Shown piece by piece: positions 26,705 through 39,354 of a DNA stretch of 64,000 nucleotides. Origin of the DNA: Leucoraja ocellata (Eukaryota); contig JAWMAR010000392.1 of NCBI GenBank assembly GCA_036785375.1, positions 1,488,001-1,552,000 of the forward strand. The letters are read 5' to 3'. The position numbers and the translations under genes are program-made. The notes under the pieces were generated by a model. The model worked only from the letters and a program-made list of their open reading frames with translations, searched no databases and was not told the origin of the DNA. Numbering within the stretch: position 1 is the stretch's first letter; each line of letters starts with the position of its first letter.

Positions 26705-27639
26705 CCAGCCTTTCTAATTACAGTGAAACTCCAATAATTCGGAAACCGTACAACTTTCTTGGTACCTAGTGGATTTTTCAGAGAATTTCCTATTATCGCA
26801 GGAATGAGAGGGTTAACATATGATGAACGTTAGATGGCGCTGGACCTGGACTCGCTGGAGTTTAGAAGGATGAAGTGTGACCTTATTGAAATTTACCGAA
26901 TAGAGTGGATGTGGAGAGGACGTTTACACTAGTGGGAGAGTTGAGGACAGAGGCCATAGCCTCAGAATAAAAGGACTTACCTTTCGGAAGGAGATGAGGA
27001 GGAATTTCTTTAGTCGGAGGGTGGTAAATCTGTGGAATTAATCGCCACAGAAGGCTGTGCAGGCCGACAATTGATATTTTTAAGGAAGACATTGATAGAT
27101 TCTTGATTGGTACGGGTGTCAGAGGTTATGGAGAGACACTCTTCCATTATTTATTATGTAAAAGAATATGTGTGTTATGATTGTGTTTATAGTTTGTTTG
27201 GTTGTTTGTCTTTTGCACAAAAGTCCGCGAGCATTGCCACTTTCATTTCACTGAACACCTCGTATGTGTATGTGACAAATAAACTTGACTTGACTTGACT
27301 TGACTTGACTTGACGGGCAGGAGAATGGTGTTGCGAGGGGAAGATAGATGGGCCATGATTGAATGGTGGAGTAGGCTTAATGGGCCGAATGGCCTAATCC
27401 TGCACCTCTAACATGAACTTAAGATCATCAAATGCAATTTTTTAAAATATGTTTGCGATATGTTTATGTCTGAGATCCTGGCTCCTGTCCTAAACCAAAA
27501 TCAGTGATGACGCAAGAAACTGCAGCTGCTGGAATCTAGAGCAAAACACAAACTGCTGGAGGAAGCCTACAGGTTAGGCAGCATCTGGGGAGCAAATTGA
27601 CAGATGACGTTTCAGGTCAAGGCCCTTCTTCAGACGGAT

Positions 27640-28074
27640 AGGAGAGAAAGGTTGAACAAGTTAGGGCTTTATTCTTTGGAGCGCAGAAGGTTAAGGGGGG
27701 ACTTGATAGAGGTTTTTAAAATGATGAGAGGGATAGACAGAGTTGACGTGGAAAAGCTTTTCCCACTGAGAGTAGGGAAGATTCAAACAAGGGGACATGA
27801 CATGAGAATTAAAGGACTGAAGTTTAGGGGTAACATGAGGGGGAACTTCTTTACTCAGAGAGTGGTAGCTGTGTGGAATGAGCTTCCAGTGAAGGTGGTG
27901 GAGGCAGGTTCGTTTTTATCATTTAAAAATAAATTGGATAGTTATATGGATGGGAAGGGAATGGAGTGTTATGGTCTGAGCGCAGGTATATGGGACTAGG
28001 GGAGATTATGTGTTCGGCACGGACTAGAAGGGTCGAGATGGCCTGTTTCCGTGCTGTAATTGTTATATGGTTAT
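27640..28074 (+). mobile_element. CR1 family B
   Basis: ORF2 C-terminus and tail. Confidence 0.9.
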
Positions 28075-28269
28075 AAAGCTAGAAAAGAGATGTGGGGAAG
28101 GGACAAAGTTTGGCAAGTGATTGGTGGGTGTAATAGGTCATGTAATTGGAGGAGAATTAGGCCATTCGGCCCATCAAGTCTATTCCACTATTCAATCATG
28201 GCTGATCTATCTCTCCCTCCTATCCCCATTCTCCTACTTTCTCCCTATAACCCCTGACACCTCTACAGG

Positions 28270-28465
28270 TCTTCTTATTGAGTCCACATCACATGATTAG
28301 ATATTGTTCAGCCAGAGCTGAACACACTTCACGGCATCTTCAGTGTAGGCAGTGAGATCGGCAGCTGTGCATTGGTTTTCCAGTTGAGGACATTTCAGCA
28401 GGTGTTCCATTGTTTGTGATTCAATACCACATTCGCAGGTGACATCGTTGGAGTTGTACCTGTAC
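28270..28465 (-). mobile_element. Vingi/Ingi-type LINE 3' end
   Basis: Manual translation TCECGIESQTMEHLLKCPQLENQCTAADL...WLNNI* (C-x-CG...QT..H...CP zinc knuckle), then a short 3'UTR ending in aataagaaga. Confidence 0.65.
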
Positions 28466-28640
28466 AGGTGAGCTGGGTAGAGGGGGTGGAGTAACTAACA
28501 AAGGCCAGAGGTGAAAAGGGGTCAAAAGAATAAGGAGAAAAGAAGAGGAGTGCAACGCAAAGCCGAAGGGAAGGATGTGGATGGATGGGGGCAGGGGAAA
28601 GGGAAAACAGTGAGGATAAAGGGGAATTAGGAGACATGGA

Positions 28641-28955
28641 TAGAAACATAGAAATTAGGTGCAGGAGTAGGCCATTCAGCCCTTCGAGCCTGCACCGCCA
28701 TTCAATATGATCATGGCTGATCATCCAACTCAGTATCCCATACCTGCCTTCTCTCCATACCCTCTGATCCCCTTAGCCACAAGGGCCACATCTAACTCCC
28801 TCTTAAATATAGCCAATGAAATGGCCTCGACTACCCCCTGTGGCAGAGAGTTCCAGAGATTCACCACTCTGCGTGAAAAAGGTTCTTCTCATCTCGGTTT
28901 TAAAGGATTTCCCCCTTATCCTTAAGCTGTGACCCCTTGTCCTGGACTTCCCCAA
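28641..28955 (-). mobile_element. CR1 family A, cut by assembly gap
   Basis: Family A tail and 3' sequence running into the N block. Confidence 0.88.
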
Positions 28956-29155
28956 NNNNNNNNNNNNNNNNNNNNNNNNNNNNNNNNNNNNNNNNNNNNN
29001 NNNNNNNNNNNNNNNNNNNNNNNNNNNNNNNNNNNNNNNNNNNNNNNNNNNNNNNNNNNNNNNNNNNNNNNNNNNNNNNNNNNNNNNNNNNNNNNNNNNN
29101 NNNNNNNNNNNNNNNNNNNNNNNNNNNNNNNNNNNNNNNNNNNNNNNNNNNNNNN
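28956..29155. other. Assembly gap (200 N)
   Basis: Run of N; true length unknown. Confidence 0.99.
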
Positions 29156-29164
29156 GAATGAGTG

Positions 29165-29630
29165 AGGATTGGGATGGAGGGGATTGGGATGGAGGGGATT
29201 GGGATGGAGGGGAGTGGGATGGAGGGGATTGGGATGGAGGGGATTGGGATGGAGGGGAGTGGGATGGAGGGGTTTGGGATGGAGGGGATTGGGACGCAGG
29301 GGTTTGGGATGGAGGGGAGTGGGATGCAGGGGTTTGGGATGGAGGGGTTTGGGATGGAGGGGATTGGGATGGAGGGGAGTGGGATGGAGGGGTTTGGGAT
29401 GGAGGGGATTGGGATGGAGGGGAGTGGGATGGAGGGGAGTGGGATGGAGGGGTTTGGGATGGAGGGGAGTGGGATGGAGGGGAGTGGGATGGAGGGGTTT
29501 GGGATGGAGGGGAGTGGGATGGAGGGGTTTGGGATGGAGGGGTTTGGGATGGAGGGGAGTGGGATGGAGGGGATTGGGATGGAGGGGATTGGGATGGAGG
29601 GGTTTGGGATGGAGGGGTTTGGGATGGAGT
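29165..29630 (+). repeat. 15-bp G-rich minisatellite GGGATGGAGGGG(ATT/AGT/TTT), about 31 units
   Basis: Visible tandem array that produces spurious open frames on both strands. Confidence 0.97.
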
Positions 29631-29759
29631 GGAGTGGCAGGGTAGGGATGGCAGGGAGTGGCAGGGTAGGGAGTGAGATGGAGGGTTCAATGCTGTAAGA
29701 ATGTGGGACAGGGGAGTGGGGTGTAGGCAGTTGTGTAAAGGTGAGTGGATAGAATGGGA

Positions 29760-30147
29760 GCGGAGTGGGATTGTCGGCGGGGTCACGGCTGTGGATTATG
29801 GTGACAGCGTTAGTCACCGGGCGCTGCCTCCCTCCCGCTCACCGCACATTGATGCAATCTGACCTGATCCACCCGCAAGGCGGACTTGTATGCGTTTCCT
29901 CTACACACCCTCTCCCTCCCTCTCCCTCCCTCTCCCTCTCCCTCCCCTCCCTCCCACTACTACACTCCCCGAGCGGGGGGTGGCGAGCACTGCAGGGAAA
30001 TTGTTTCTCAGTCCGACTTTCTCCTGCTGTCTGCTTCCTGCTTTCTGTCGAGAGCTCTGCTCATTATCCACCCAGTCGATTTTAATTCCGCCCTCAGCAC
30101 TTCACGGAACAGCAGAGACGGTTCAGTCGGTGTGAGGAGCGGCCAAG
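29760..30147 (+). promoter_or_regulatory. Putative proximal promoter/5'UTR of the class I-like gene
   Basis: CpG-enriched non-repetitive stretch directly upstream of the ATG, with a pyrimidine tract at 29908-29955, GC box ccgccc at 30088-30093 and GAS-like TTCACGGAA at 30101-30109. Confidence 0.4.
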
Positions 30148-30223
30148 ATGGAAAGCTGTAACGTAGCTGTATCACTCCTGCTCGCCGTCTTGTCTCTCTG
30201 CTCTGTGTCGGGAGACCACGCAG
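30148..30223 (+). CDS. MHC class I-like heavy chain, exon 1 (signal peptide)
   Basis: Strong Kozak context ccaagATGG. Encodes MESCNVAVSLLLAVLSLCSVSGDHA plus 1 nt, a hydrophobic leader. Donor cag|gtaag, phase 1, joins in frame to the alpha1 exon. Lies at the end of a CpG-rich unique region. Confidence 0.8.
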
Positions 30224-30257
30224 GTAAGACAGTGTCATTTGGAAAACCAAATTATAT

Positions 30258-30583
30258 TGGATAAGCTTTTCCCACTGAGAGTAGGGAAGATTCAAACAAG
30301 GGGACATGACTTGAGAATTAAGGGACAGAAGTTTAGGGGTAACATGAGGGGGAACTTCTTTACTCAGAGAGTGGTAGCTGTGTGGAATGAGCTTCCAGTG
30401 AAGGTGGTGGAGGCAGGTTCGTTTTTATAATTTAAAAATAAATTGGATAGTTATATGGACGGGAAAGGAATGGAGGGTTATGGTCTGAGCGCAGGTATAT
30501 GGGACTAGGGGAGAATACGTGTTCGGCACGGACTAGAAGGGTCGAGATGGCCTGTTTCCGTGCTGTAATTGTTATATGGTTAT
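30258..30583 (+). mobile_element. CR1 family B (intron 1)
   Basis: ORF2 C-terminus and tail, about 35 nt downstream of the exon 1 donor. Confidence 0.9.
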
Positions 30584-30982
30584 ATTCTTCGGGAAAGTAA
30601 CAGGGGAAACTCAGCGGGTCGGGCAGCACCCGTGGAGGGAAGTGGACAATCTTTGTCCCAGGGAGGGAAATCGGCAGCCAGAAGGCATAGGGTGAGAGGG
30701 GAAAGATTTAATAGGAACATTTTCACTCAGATGGTGTGTGGTGGGAACACGGAATGAGTTGCCAGGGGAAGTATGTAGGAAGAAACTGCAGATACCGGTT
30801 TAACCTGTAGACACAAAATGCTGGAGTAACTCAGCGGACAGGCAGCATCGCTGGAGAGAAGGAACGGCTGACGTTTTGGGTCGAGACCCTTCTTGAGACT
30901 GCGGAGGTAGATGAGGCAGAATCAGTAACAACATTTAAAAGACACATGGACAGGTGCGTGGGTAGGGTAGATAGGTGGAGAG

Positions 30983-31436
30983 TCAACAACTAAGTTACAG
31001 AGATAGGTTGAATAAGTTAGGTCTTTATTCTCTGGAGCGCAGAAGGTTAAGGGGGGACCTGATAGAGGTCTTTAAAATGATGAGAGGGATAGACAGAGTT
31101 GATGTGGACAAGCTTTTCCCTTTGAGAATAGGGAAGATTCAAACAAGAGGACATGACTTCAGAATTAAGGGACAGAAGTTTAGGGGTAATATGAGGGGGA
31201 ACTTCTTTACGCAGAGAGTGGTGGCGGTGTGGAATGAGCTCCCAGTGGAAGTGGTGGAGGCAGGTTCATTGGTATCATTTAAAATAAATTGGATAGGCAT
31301 ATGGATGAGAAGGGAATGGAGGGTTATGGTATGAGTGCAGGCAGGTGGGACTAAGGGGAAAAAAAAATTGTTCGGCATGGACTTGTAGGGCCGAGATGGC
31401 CTGTTTCCGTGCTGTAATGGTTATATGGTTATATGG
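30983..31436 (+). mobile_element. CR1 family B (intron 1)
   Basis: ORF 30975-31334 and tail. Confidence 0.9.
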
Positions 31437-32295
31437 AGAGGGATATGGATCAAATGCGGGCAAATGGGAATAGCTGAGATGGCACATCTTGGTCGGCATG
31501 GCGTGGACGAATTGGGTCGAATGGCCTATTTCTGTACAGTATGATTCTAGGAAGGTTCCCAATCAGAAACGTTGCCTGTCCATTCTCTCTTTGTTATTTA
31601 GACACCAGACGTGCGGGTTTGTAGGTCAATTGGTGGGATAACATAGAACTAGTGCAAACGGATGATCAATGGACAGTATCGACTCGATGGGCCGAATAGC
31701 CTGTTTCCATGCTATATCTTTCAATTCAATTCAGAATATGAGGGATGAGGCTATTTGTAGTTTGTTTGGTTGTTTGTTTGTTTGTCTTTTTGCAGGAGCA
31801 TTTGCCACTTTTCATTTCACTGCACACCTCGTATGTGTATGTGACGAATAAACTTGACTTGAAAAGAGACACAAAAAGCTGGAGTAACTCAGCGGGACAG
31901 TTAGCATCTCTGGAGAGAAGGAATGGGTGACGTTTCGGGTCAAGACCATTCTTAGCCCTAACCCTAACCCATTTCTTAAAATGCTTATTTTAGAGTCAAA
32001 CAGGCCCTTCAGCCCAACTGGTCCATGCTAACCCAGATGTCCCATCTAAGTTAGTCCCACCTGCCCACATTTTGCCTATATCCCTCTAAACCTTTCCTAT
32101 CATGATCACAGTGAATGGCCGTGCTGGCTCGACGGGGCGAATGGCCTCCTCCTGCACCTATTGTCTATTGTCCATCTGTCTATGTGTGTTCAGGGAGGTT
32201 GCTTTGTACACTGCACCTGTGCTGGTGCTTATGGTGAATGGAATATTTCCTGGCCTGTTATGCAATTTTAGCTTAGTTTAGTTTATTATTGTCAC

Positions 32296-32764
32296 ATAAC
32301 CATATAACAATTACAGCACGGAAACAGGCCAACTCGACCCTTCTAGTCCGTGCCGAACACATAATCTCCCCTAGTCCCATATACCTGCGCTCAGACCATA
32401 ACCCTCCATTCCCTTCCCATCCATATAACTATCCAATTTATTTTTAAATGATAAAAAACGAATCTGCCTCCACCACCTTCACTGGAAGCTCATTCCACAC
32501 AGCTACCACTCTCTGAGTAAAGAAGTTCCCCCTCATGTTACCCCTAAACTTCAGTCCCTTAATTCTCAAGTCATGTCCCCTTGTTTGAATCTTCCCTACT
32601 CTCAGTGGGAAAAGCTTTTCCACGTCAACTCTGTCTATCCCTCTCATCATTTTAAAGACCTCTATCAAGTCCCCCCTTAACCTTCTGCGCTCCAAAGAAT
32701 AAAGCCCTAACTTGTTCAACCTTTCTCTGTAACTTAGTTGCTGAAACCCAGGCAACATTCTAGT
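32296..32764 (-). mobile_element. CR1 family B (intron 1)
   Basis: ORF 32444-32758 and tail. Confidence 0.9.
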
Positions 32765-32912
32765 ACTGAGGTACAGTGAAAAGTTATGTTTGCATGCTAT
32801 CCAATCAAAGTAAAGAATATTACTTTGGGCGGCATGGCTTCACAGCAGTAGACTTGCTTGTCTTACAGCGCCAGAGACCCGGGTTGGACCCTGAGCACGG
32901 GTGCTGCCTGTC

Positions 32913-33673
32913 CATAGAAACATAGAAATTAGGTGCAGGAGTAGGCCATTCGGCCCTTCGAGCCTGCACCGCCATTCAATATGATCATGGCTGATCATCC
33001 AACTCAGTATCCCGTACCTGCCTTCTCTCCATACCCCCTGATCCCCTTAGCCACAAGGGCCACATCTAACTCCCTCTTAAATATAGCCAATGAACTGGCC
33101 TCAACTACCCTCTGTGGCAGAGAGTTCCAGAGATTCACCACTCCTCTGCGTGAAAAAAGTTCTTCTCATCTCGGTTTAAAGGATTTCCCCTTTATCCTTA
33201 AGCTGTGACCCCTTGTCCTGGACTTCCCTAACATCGGGAACAATCTTCCTGCATCTAGCCTGTCCAACCCCTTAAGAATTTTGTAAGTTTCTATAAGATC
33301 CCCTCTCAATCTTCTAAATTCTAGAGAGTATAAACCAAGTCTATCCAGTCTTTCTTCATAAGACAGTCCTGACATCCAGGAATCAGTCTGGTGAACCGTC
33401 TCTGCACTCCCTCTATGGCAATAATGTCCTTCCTCAGATTTGGAGACCAAAACTGTACGCAATACTCCAGGTGTGGTCTCACCAAGACCCTGTACAACTG
33501 CAGTAGAACCTCTCTGCTCCTATACTCAAATCCTTTTGCAATGAAAGCTAACATACCATTCGCTTTCTTTACTGCCTGCTGCACCTGCATGCCTACCTTC
33601 AATGACTGGTGTACCATGACACCCAGGTCTCGCTGCATCTCCCCCTTTCCCAATCGGCCACCATTTAGATAAT
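32913..33673 (-). mobile_element. CR1 family A inserted in a V-SINE
   Basis: The SINE tRNA-like head at 32827-32912 and body at 33676-33903 flank the LINE. Confidence 0.9.
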
Positions 33674-34644
33674 ATGGTGTTCCAGAGTTTGTACGTTCTC
33701 CCCGTGACCTGCGTGGGATTACTCCGGGTGCTCTGGTTTCCTCCCGCCCTCCAAAGACGTATAGGTTTGTGGGCCAATTGGCTTGGTAAAATTGTACATT
33801 TCCCTAGTATGTGTAGGGTGGTGTTAGTGCTTATCGGCACGGACTTATTGGGCCAAAGGGCATGTTTCCGCCCTGTATCTCCGAACTAAACTAAACTAAA
33901 CTACACATGGATACATTCAAACAATCCACAGTGCATAGACAAGGACAGTGTACTCGAATTGGGGTGGAAGTGAAACCCGTTGATACAGATGGGCAGTGTG
34001 AACGTTATTGTGAAATGCTGACCCTGGCCAGGCAGCTGATTTCTCATCATCTGTAAGGAAATGAAATCAAGGTTTCAAAAAAGAAAATGTGTATTGTGCA
34101 ATTTCCATATATGCCCTCATTGTGCAGAGGAGGCCATTTGGCCCATCTACTAGCTACTCCAGCAACCTGTGTGAAATTTAAAAAAAATTCAATTCATGGA
34201 AATTTTAAATAAGCACGGTGAATGCTGGATACACTGAAGAAATGTCACAACCTAGGGCAGGGACCTACAAAGTGAAGGGTTGGGCTCTGGGGAGAGTTGT
34301 AGAGCAGAGGGGTCCCATACTTCCTCAAAAGTGACTTCACAGGTAGATAAGGTGGTCAAGAGGACTTTTAGAACACTGGCCTTCATCAGTCAGGGTTTTG
34401 AGTACAGAGGTTGTGATGTTATGTTATGTTACAAGGCACAAGTGCCGTATTATGTTCAGTTTTGCTCATCCTTTTGTGTGGAAAATGTTAGTTTATTTAG
34501 AGATAGAGTATGGAAATGGATCCTTCAGACCACACTGAGTTCCCTGGCGCTCTAAACCTGCTGCCAGCCCAGCTTGTACAGCTTCTTTAACAAGGGGTGT
34601 TAGTGATAGTGGGGCACAGACAGCAAACAAGTGGAGGTGGGTTT

Positions 34645-35275
34645 TTTAAGAAGGAACTGCAGATGCTGGAAAATCAAAGGTACACAAAAATGCTGGAGAA
34701 ACTCGGCGGGTGCAGCAGCATCTATGGAGCGAAGGAAATAGGCAACGTTTCGGGCCGAAACCCTTCTTCAGACTGATGGGGGTAGAAGAAAGGAAAAAGG
34801 AGGAGGAGGAGCCCGAGGGCTGAGGAAGGGGAGGAGACAGCAAGGGCTAACAAAATTGGGAGAATTCAATGTTCATGCCCCCAGGATGCAGACTCCCCAA
34901 GCGGAATATGAGGTGCTGTTCCTCCAATTTCCGGTGTTGCTCGCTCTGGCCATGGAGGAGACCCAGGACAGAGATGTCGGATGGGGAATGGGAGGGGGAG
35001 TTGAAGTGCTGAGCCACCGGGAGGTCAGGTAGGTTCATCAGGGCCAAGCGGAGGTGTTCGACAAAACGATCACCCAGCCTCCGCTTGGTCTCACCGATGT
35101 AGATCAGCTGACATCTAGAGCAGCAGATGCAGTAGATGAGGTTGGAGGAGATGCAGGTGAACCTCTGTCGCACCTGGAACGACTGCTTGGGTCCTTGAAT
35201 GTAGTCGAGGGGGGATGTAAAGGGACAAGTGTTGCATCTCTTGCGGTTGCAAGGGAAAGTGCCCGGGGAGGGAGT
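34645..35275 (-). mobile_element. Penelope 3' fragment (GIY-YIG endonuclease plus terminal repeat)
   Basis: ORF 34847-35173 NLIYCICCSRCQLIYIGETKRRLGDRFVEH...EQHLIFRLGSLHPGGMN. Confidence 0.9.
34744..34773 (-). ncRNA. Minimal type I hammerhead-ribozyme-like motif in the Penelope terminal repeat
   Basis: Minus strand gtCTGAAGAagggt-ttcg-gcccGAAAcgtt: CUGANGA core, stem II with UUCG loop, GAAA and palindromic AACGTT. Stem I is weak. Confidence 0.6.
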
Positions 35276-35877
35276 CGTTTTCCGAGGGGAGGTGGGTGTT
35301 TATTCTGGGATGGTGTCTGCAGGTTGCAGGTGCGTTCATTCTGCCAGAGGAGGTAGTTGATGCAGGAACAACAACATATAAAAGGCATTTGGATAGGAAC
35401 GTTGGTGAGACCACATTTAGAGTATTGTGTTCAGTTCCGGGCACCATGTTATAGGAAAGATATTGTCAAGCTTGAAAGGGTTCAGAGCAGATTTACGAGG
35501 ATGTTGCCAGGACTAGAGGGCCTGAGCTATATGGAGTGGTTGAGTAGGCTGGGTCTCTATTCCTTGGAGGGCAGGAGGATGAGGGGTAATCTTATAGAGG
35601 TGTACAAAATCATGAGGGGAATAGATCAGGTAGATGCACAGTCTCTTGCCCAGAGTAGAGGAATCGAGGACCAGAGGACTTAGGTTCGAGGTGAAGGGGA
35701 AAAGATTTAATAGGAAACTGTAAAGAAGTGATAATGACACACTGTAACTTTACTTCATTTTATTCATACTGTATCTTATACAAAGAGCACTAGCTGGTAT
35801 GTGGTCTGTCACGGAAACTAGAGAGCGATATGTGGGTGGGGAGGTTGTAATTATACTTGTGATATGGGGAGTGGTTA

Positions 35878-36482
35878 GTAACCATATAACCATATAACAA
35901 TTACAGCACGGAAACAGGCCATCTCGGCCCTACAAGTTTGTGCCGAACAAATGTTTTTCCCCTTAGTCCCACCTGCCTGCACTCATACCATAACCCTCCA
36001 TTCCCTTCTCATCCATATGCCTATCCAATTTATTTTTAAATGATACCAATGAACCTGCCTCCACCACTTCCACTGGGAGCTCATTCCACACCGCCACCAC
36101 TCTCTGAGTAAAGAAGTTCCCCCTCATATTACCCCTAAACTTCTGTCCCTTAATTCTGAAGTCATGTCCTCTTGTTTGAATCTTCCCTATTCTCAAAGGG
36201 AAAAGCTTGTCCACATCAACTCTGTCTATCCCTCTCATCATTTTAAAGACCTCTATCAGGTCCCCCTTAACCTTCTGCGCTCCAGAGAATAAAGACCTAA
36301 CTTATTCAACCTATCTCTGTAACTTAGTTGTTGAAACCCAGGCAACATTCTAGTAAATCTCCTCTGTACTCTCTCTATTTTGTTGACACCCTTCCTATAA
36401 TTGGGCGACCAAAATTGTACACCATACTCCAGATTTGGTCTCACCAATGCCTTGTACAATTTTAACATTACATCCCAGCTTC
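35878..36482 (-). mobile_element. CR1 family B (intron 1)
   Basis: ORFs 35963-36241 and 36256-36468, and tail. Confidence 0.9.
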
Positions 36483-37199
36483 TGTGATGAGGTAACTATA
36501 TTAAAGGCACATGCATATCTCATCTACAGAAACTGAGGAATAACCTTTTCACACAATGGGTGGTGGGTGTATGGAACAAGCTGCCAGAGGTAGTTGAGAC
36601 TGGGACTATCCCAATATTTAAGAAACAGTTAGACAGGTACATGGATAGGACAAATTTGGAGGGATATGGGCCAAGCGCAGGTAGGTGGGACTAGTGTAGC
36701 TGGGACATGCTGGCCGGTGTGGGTGAGTTGGGCCGAAGGGCCTGTTTCCACACTGTATCACTCAATGACAATGAAAGGTTTGTTAGGATATGGTCGCCCA
36801 ATTATAGGAAGGATGTCAACAAAATAGAGAGAGTACAGAGGACATCCCGCCCGATCAAACCTTTCATATCCACCTTCTCCCAGCTCACATCTGGCAGAAG
36901 GTACAGAAGTTTGAAAGCGCGCACCACCAGACTCAGGAACAGCTTCGTCCCCTCTGTTATCAGGTTTCTGAGCGGTCCTTCCATAAACTAGGGTACTGTC
37001 CGATTCACCATTACCACGTTGCATACGTTCAACTTTGTTCATGGAACTGTTACACTTACAAGAGAGTCAAGAGAGTTTCATTGTCACGTGTCCCAGATAG
37101 GACAATGAAGTTCTTGCTTGTCAATGCCAAGAACTAAAGATAGACCATTCTTGCCAACATTTGGCCTATCAGGGAACCACCCTGCCTAAGGTCATACGT

Positions 37200-37440
37200 T
37201 TAAGAAGGAACTGCAGATGCTGGAAAATAGAAGATAGACAAAAGTGCTGGAGGAACTTAGCGGGTGCAGCAGCATCTATGGAGCGAAGGAAATAGGCAAC
37301 GTTTCGGGCTAAAACCCTTCTTCAGACTCCCGCTGAAGTTCAACGTCTGAAAAAAGGTTTCGGCCCGAAACGTTGCCTATTTCCTTCGCTCCATAGATGC
37401 TGCTGCACCCGCTGAGTTTCTCCAGCATTTTTGTCTACCT
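37200..37440. repeat. Palindromic Penelope terminal-repeat derivative
   Basis: Arms at about 37232-37327 and 37345-37438 are inverted copies, each ending in the hammerhead-like motif. Confidence 0.75.
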
Positions 37441-38042
37441 GAGGTTATATATTGCCAGCCCTGATTTGTCCTGGTGTTTTCTTGCTTCCAGTGTCCCCAC
37501 CCCCCCCCCCCCCCGTACCCCACTCCACTTAGAATCAGTCTAAAGAAGGGTTCCGATCCGAAACATCACAATCCATTTTCTCCAGAGATGCTCCCTGATC
37601 TGCTGAGTTACTCCAGCAATTTTCTGTCTCTCTTTGGTATAAACCAGCATTTGCAGTTCCTTTTTATGACATCAATGCCTTGCAGCACCAGAGACTGACT
37701 ACGGGTGTTGTCTGTACGGAGTTTGTACGTTCTCCCTGAAACCACGTGGGCTTTTTTCGGGTGCTTTGTCAGTTCATTGACTTTGGTAAAATTGAAAATT
37801 GTCCCTAGCATGTAGGATACTGCGAGTGTATGGGGTGATTGCTGGCCGGCACAGAAGGGCCTGTTTCCTAAAAGGGCTATATCTCTAAAATGTAAAGCAT
37901 ATTTTCTGCATTTTCCCCTATGCTCTATCTATTGTACTCAACTTGAATTAATTTTATTTATGTATAGTATGTCCTGTTTGCATAGCATACAAAACAAAAC
38001 TTGTTGCTGTACCTTGGTACATGGGACAATGATAAATCTATA

Positions 38043-38562
38043 CATTATTGCCATAGAGGGAGTGCAGAGAAGGTTCACCAGACTGATTCCTGGGATGTCA
38101 GGACTGTCTTATGAAGAAAGACTGGATAGACTCGGTTTATACTCTCTAGAATTTAGGAGATTGAGAGGGGATCTTATAGAAACTTACAAAATTCTTAAGG
38201 GGTTGGACAGGCTAGATGCAGGAAGATTGTTCCCGATGTTGGGGAAGTCCAGGACAAGGGGTCACAGCTTAAGGATAAGGGGAAAATCCTTTAGAACCGA
38301 GATGAGGAGAACTTTTTTCACACAGAGAGTGGTGAATCTCTGGAACTCTCTGCCACAGAGGGTAGTTGAGGCCAGTTCATTGGCTATATTTAAGAGGGAG
38401 TTAGATGAGGCCCTTGTGGCCAAGGGGATCAGAGGGTATGGAGAGAAGGCAGGTACGGGATACTGAGTTGGATGATCAGCCATGATCATATTGAATGGCG
38501 ATGCAGGCTCGAAGGGCCGAATGGCCTACTCCTGCACCTAATTTCTATGTCTATGTTTCTAT
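38043..38562 (+). mobile_element. CR1 family A (intron 1)
   Basis: ORF 37960-38466 C-terminus and tail. Confidence 0.92.
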
Positions 38563-38855
38563 ACCCTAACCTATTCCATCAGGCTCTGGAGGTTTAGTTA
38601 AGTTTAGAGATACAGCGTAGAAACAGGCCCTTCAGGGCACCGAGTCCGCACCGACCAGCGATTCCTCGCACATTAAGACTACCCTACACACATTAGGGAT
38701 CATTTTATATTTATACCAAGTCAATTAACCTACAAACCTGTCCGTCTTTGGATGGTGAGAGGAAACCGAGGATATCGGAGAAACCCCACGCAGGTCACAG
38801 GGTGAACGTACAAATTCCGTACAGCCAGGATCGAACCTGGGTCTCTGGGGCTGTA

Positions 38856-39352
38856 GATTCAGATTCAGATTCAATTTTAATTGTCATTGTCAGTGTACAG
38901 TACAGAGACAACGAAATGCATTTAGCATCTCCCTTGAAGAGCGACATAGCAAACGATTTGAATAAAAAAAATAATAAGTGTCCGGGGGGGGGGGGGTGGT
39001 GATTGGCAGTCACCGAGGTACGTTGTTTAGTAGAGTGACAGCCGCCGGAAAGAAGCTGTTCCTCGACCTGCTGGTTCGGCAACGGAGAGACCTGTAGCGC
39101 CTCCCGGATGGTAGGAGGGTAAACAGTCCATGGTTGGGGTGAGAGCAGTCCTTGGCGATGCTGAGCGCCCTCCGCAGACAGCGCTTGCTTTGGACAGACT
39201 CAATGGAGGGGAGCGTGGAACCGGTGATGCGTTGGGCAATTTTCACCACTCTCTGCAATGCCTTCCGGTCGGAGACAGAGCAGTTGCCATACCATACTGT
39301 GATGCAGTTGGTAAGGATGCTCTCGATGGTGCAGCGGTAGAGGTTCACCAGG
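38856..39352 (-). mobile_element. Rex1/Babar-type LINE 3' fragment
   Basis: YRCTIESILTNCITVWYGN...LLPSGRRYRSLRCRTSRSRNSFFP and a (TCTGAA)n tail. Confidence 0.85.
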
Positions 39353-39354
39353 AA

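Noticed and set aside
28803-29817. Long Pro/Ser-rich and Gly-rich ORFs (PPSQT, WDGG, GMEG repeats)
   Set aside because: These are translations of a 15-bp minisatellite plus N gap, open in many frames on both strands with no splice context.
29850-29858. C/EBP-ATF composite site TGATGCAAT upstream of the gene
   Set aside because: The same 9-mer also occurs in repeat DNA at about 42760, so chance occurrence is likely.
31956-31970. Telomere-like ccctaaccctaaccc
   Set aside because: Only about 2.5 units; too short to call an interstitial telomere.
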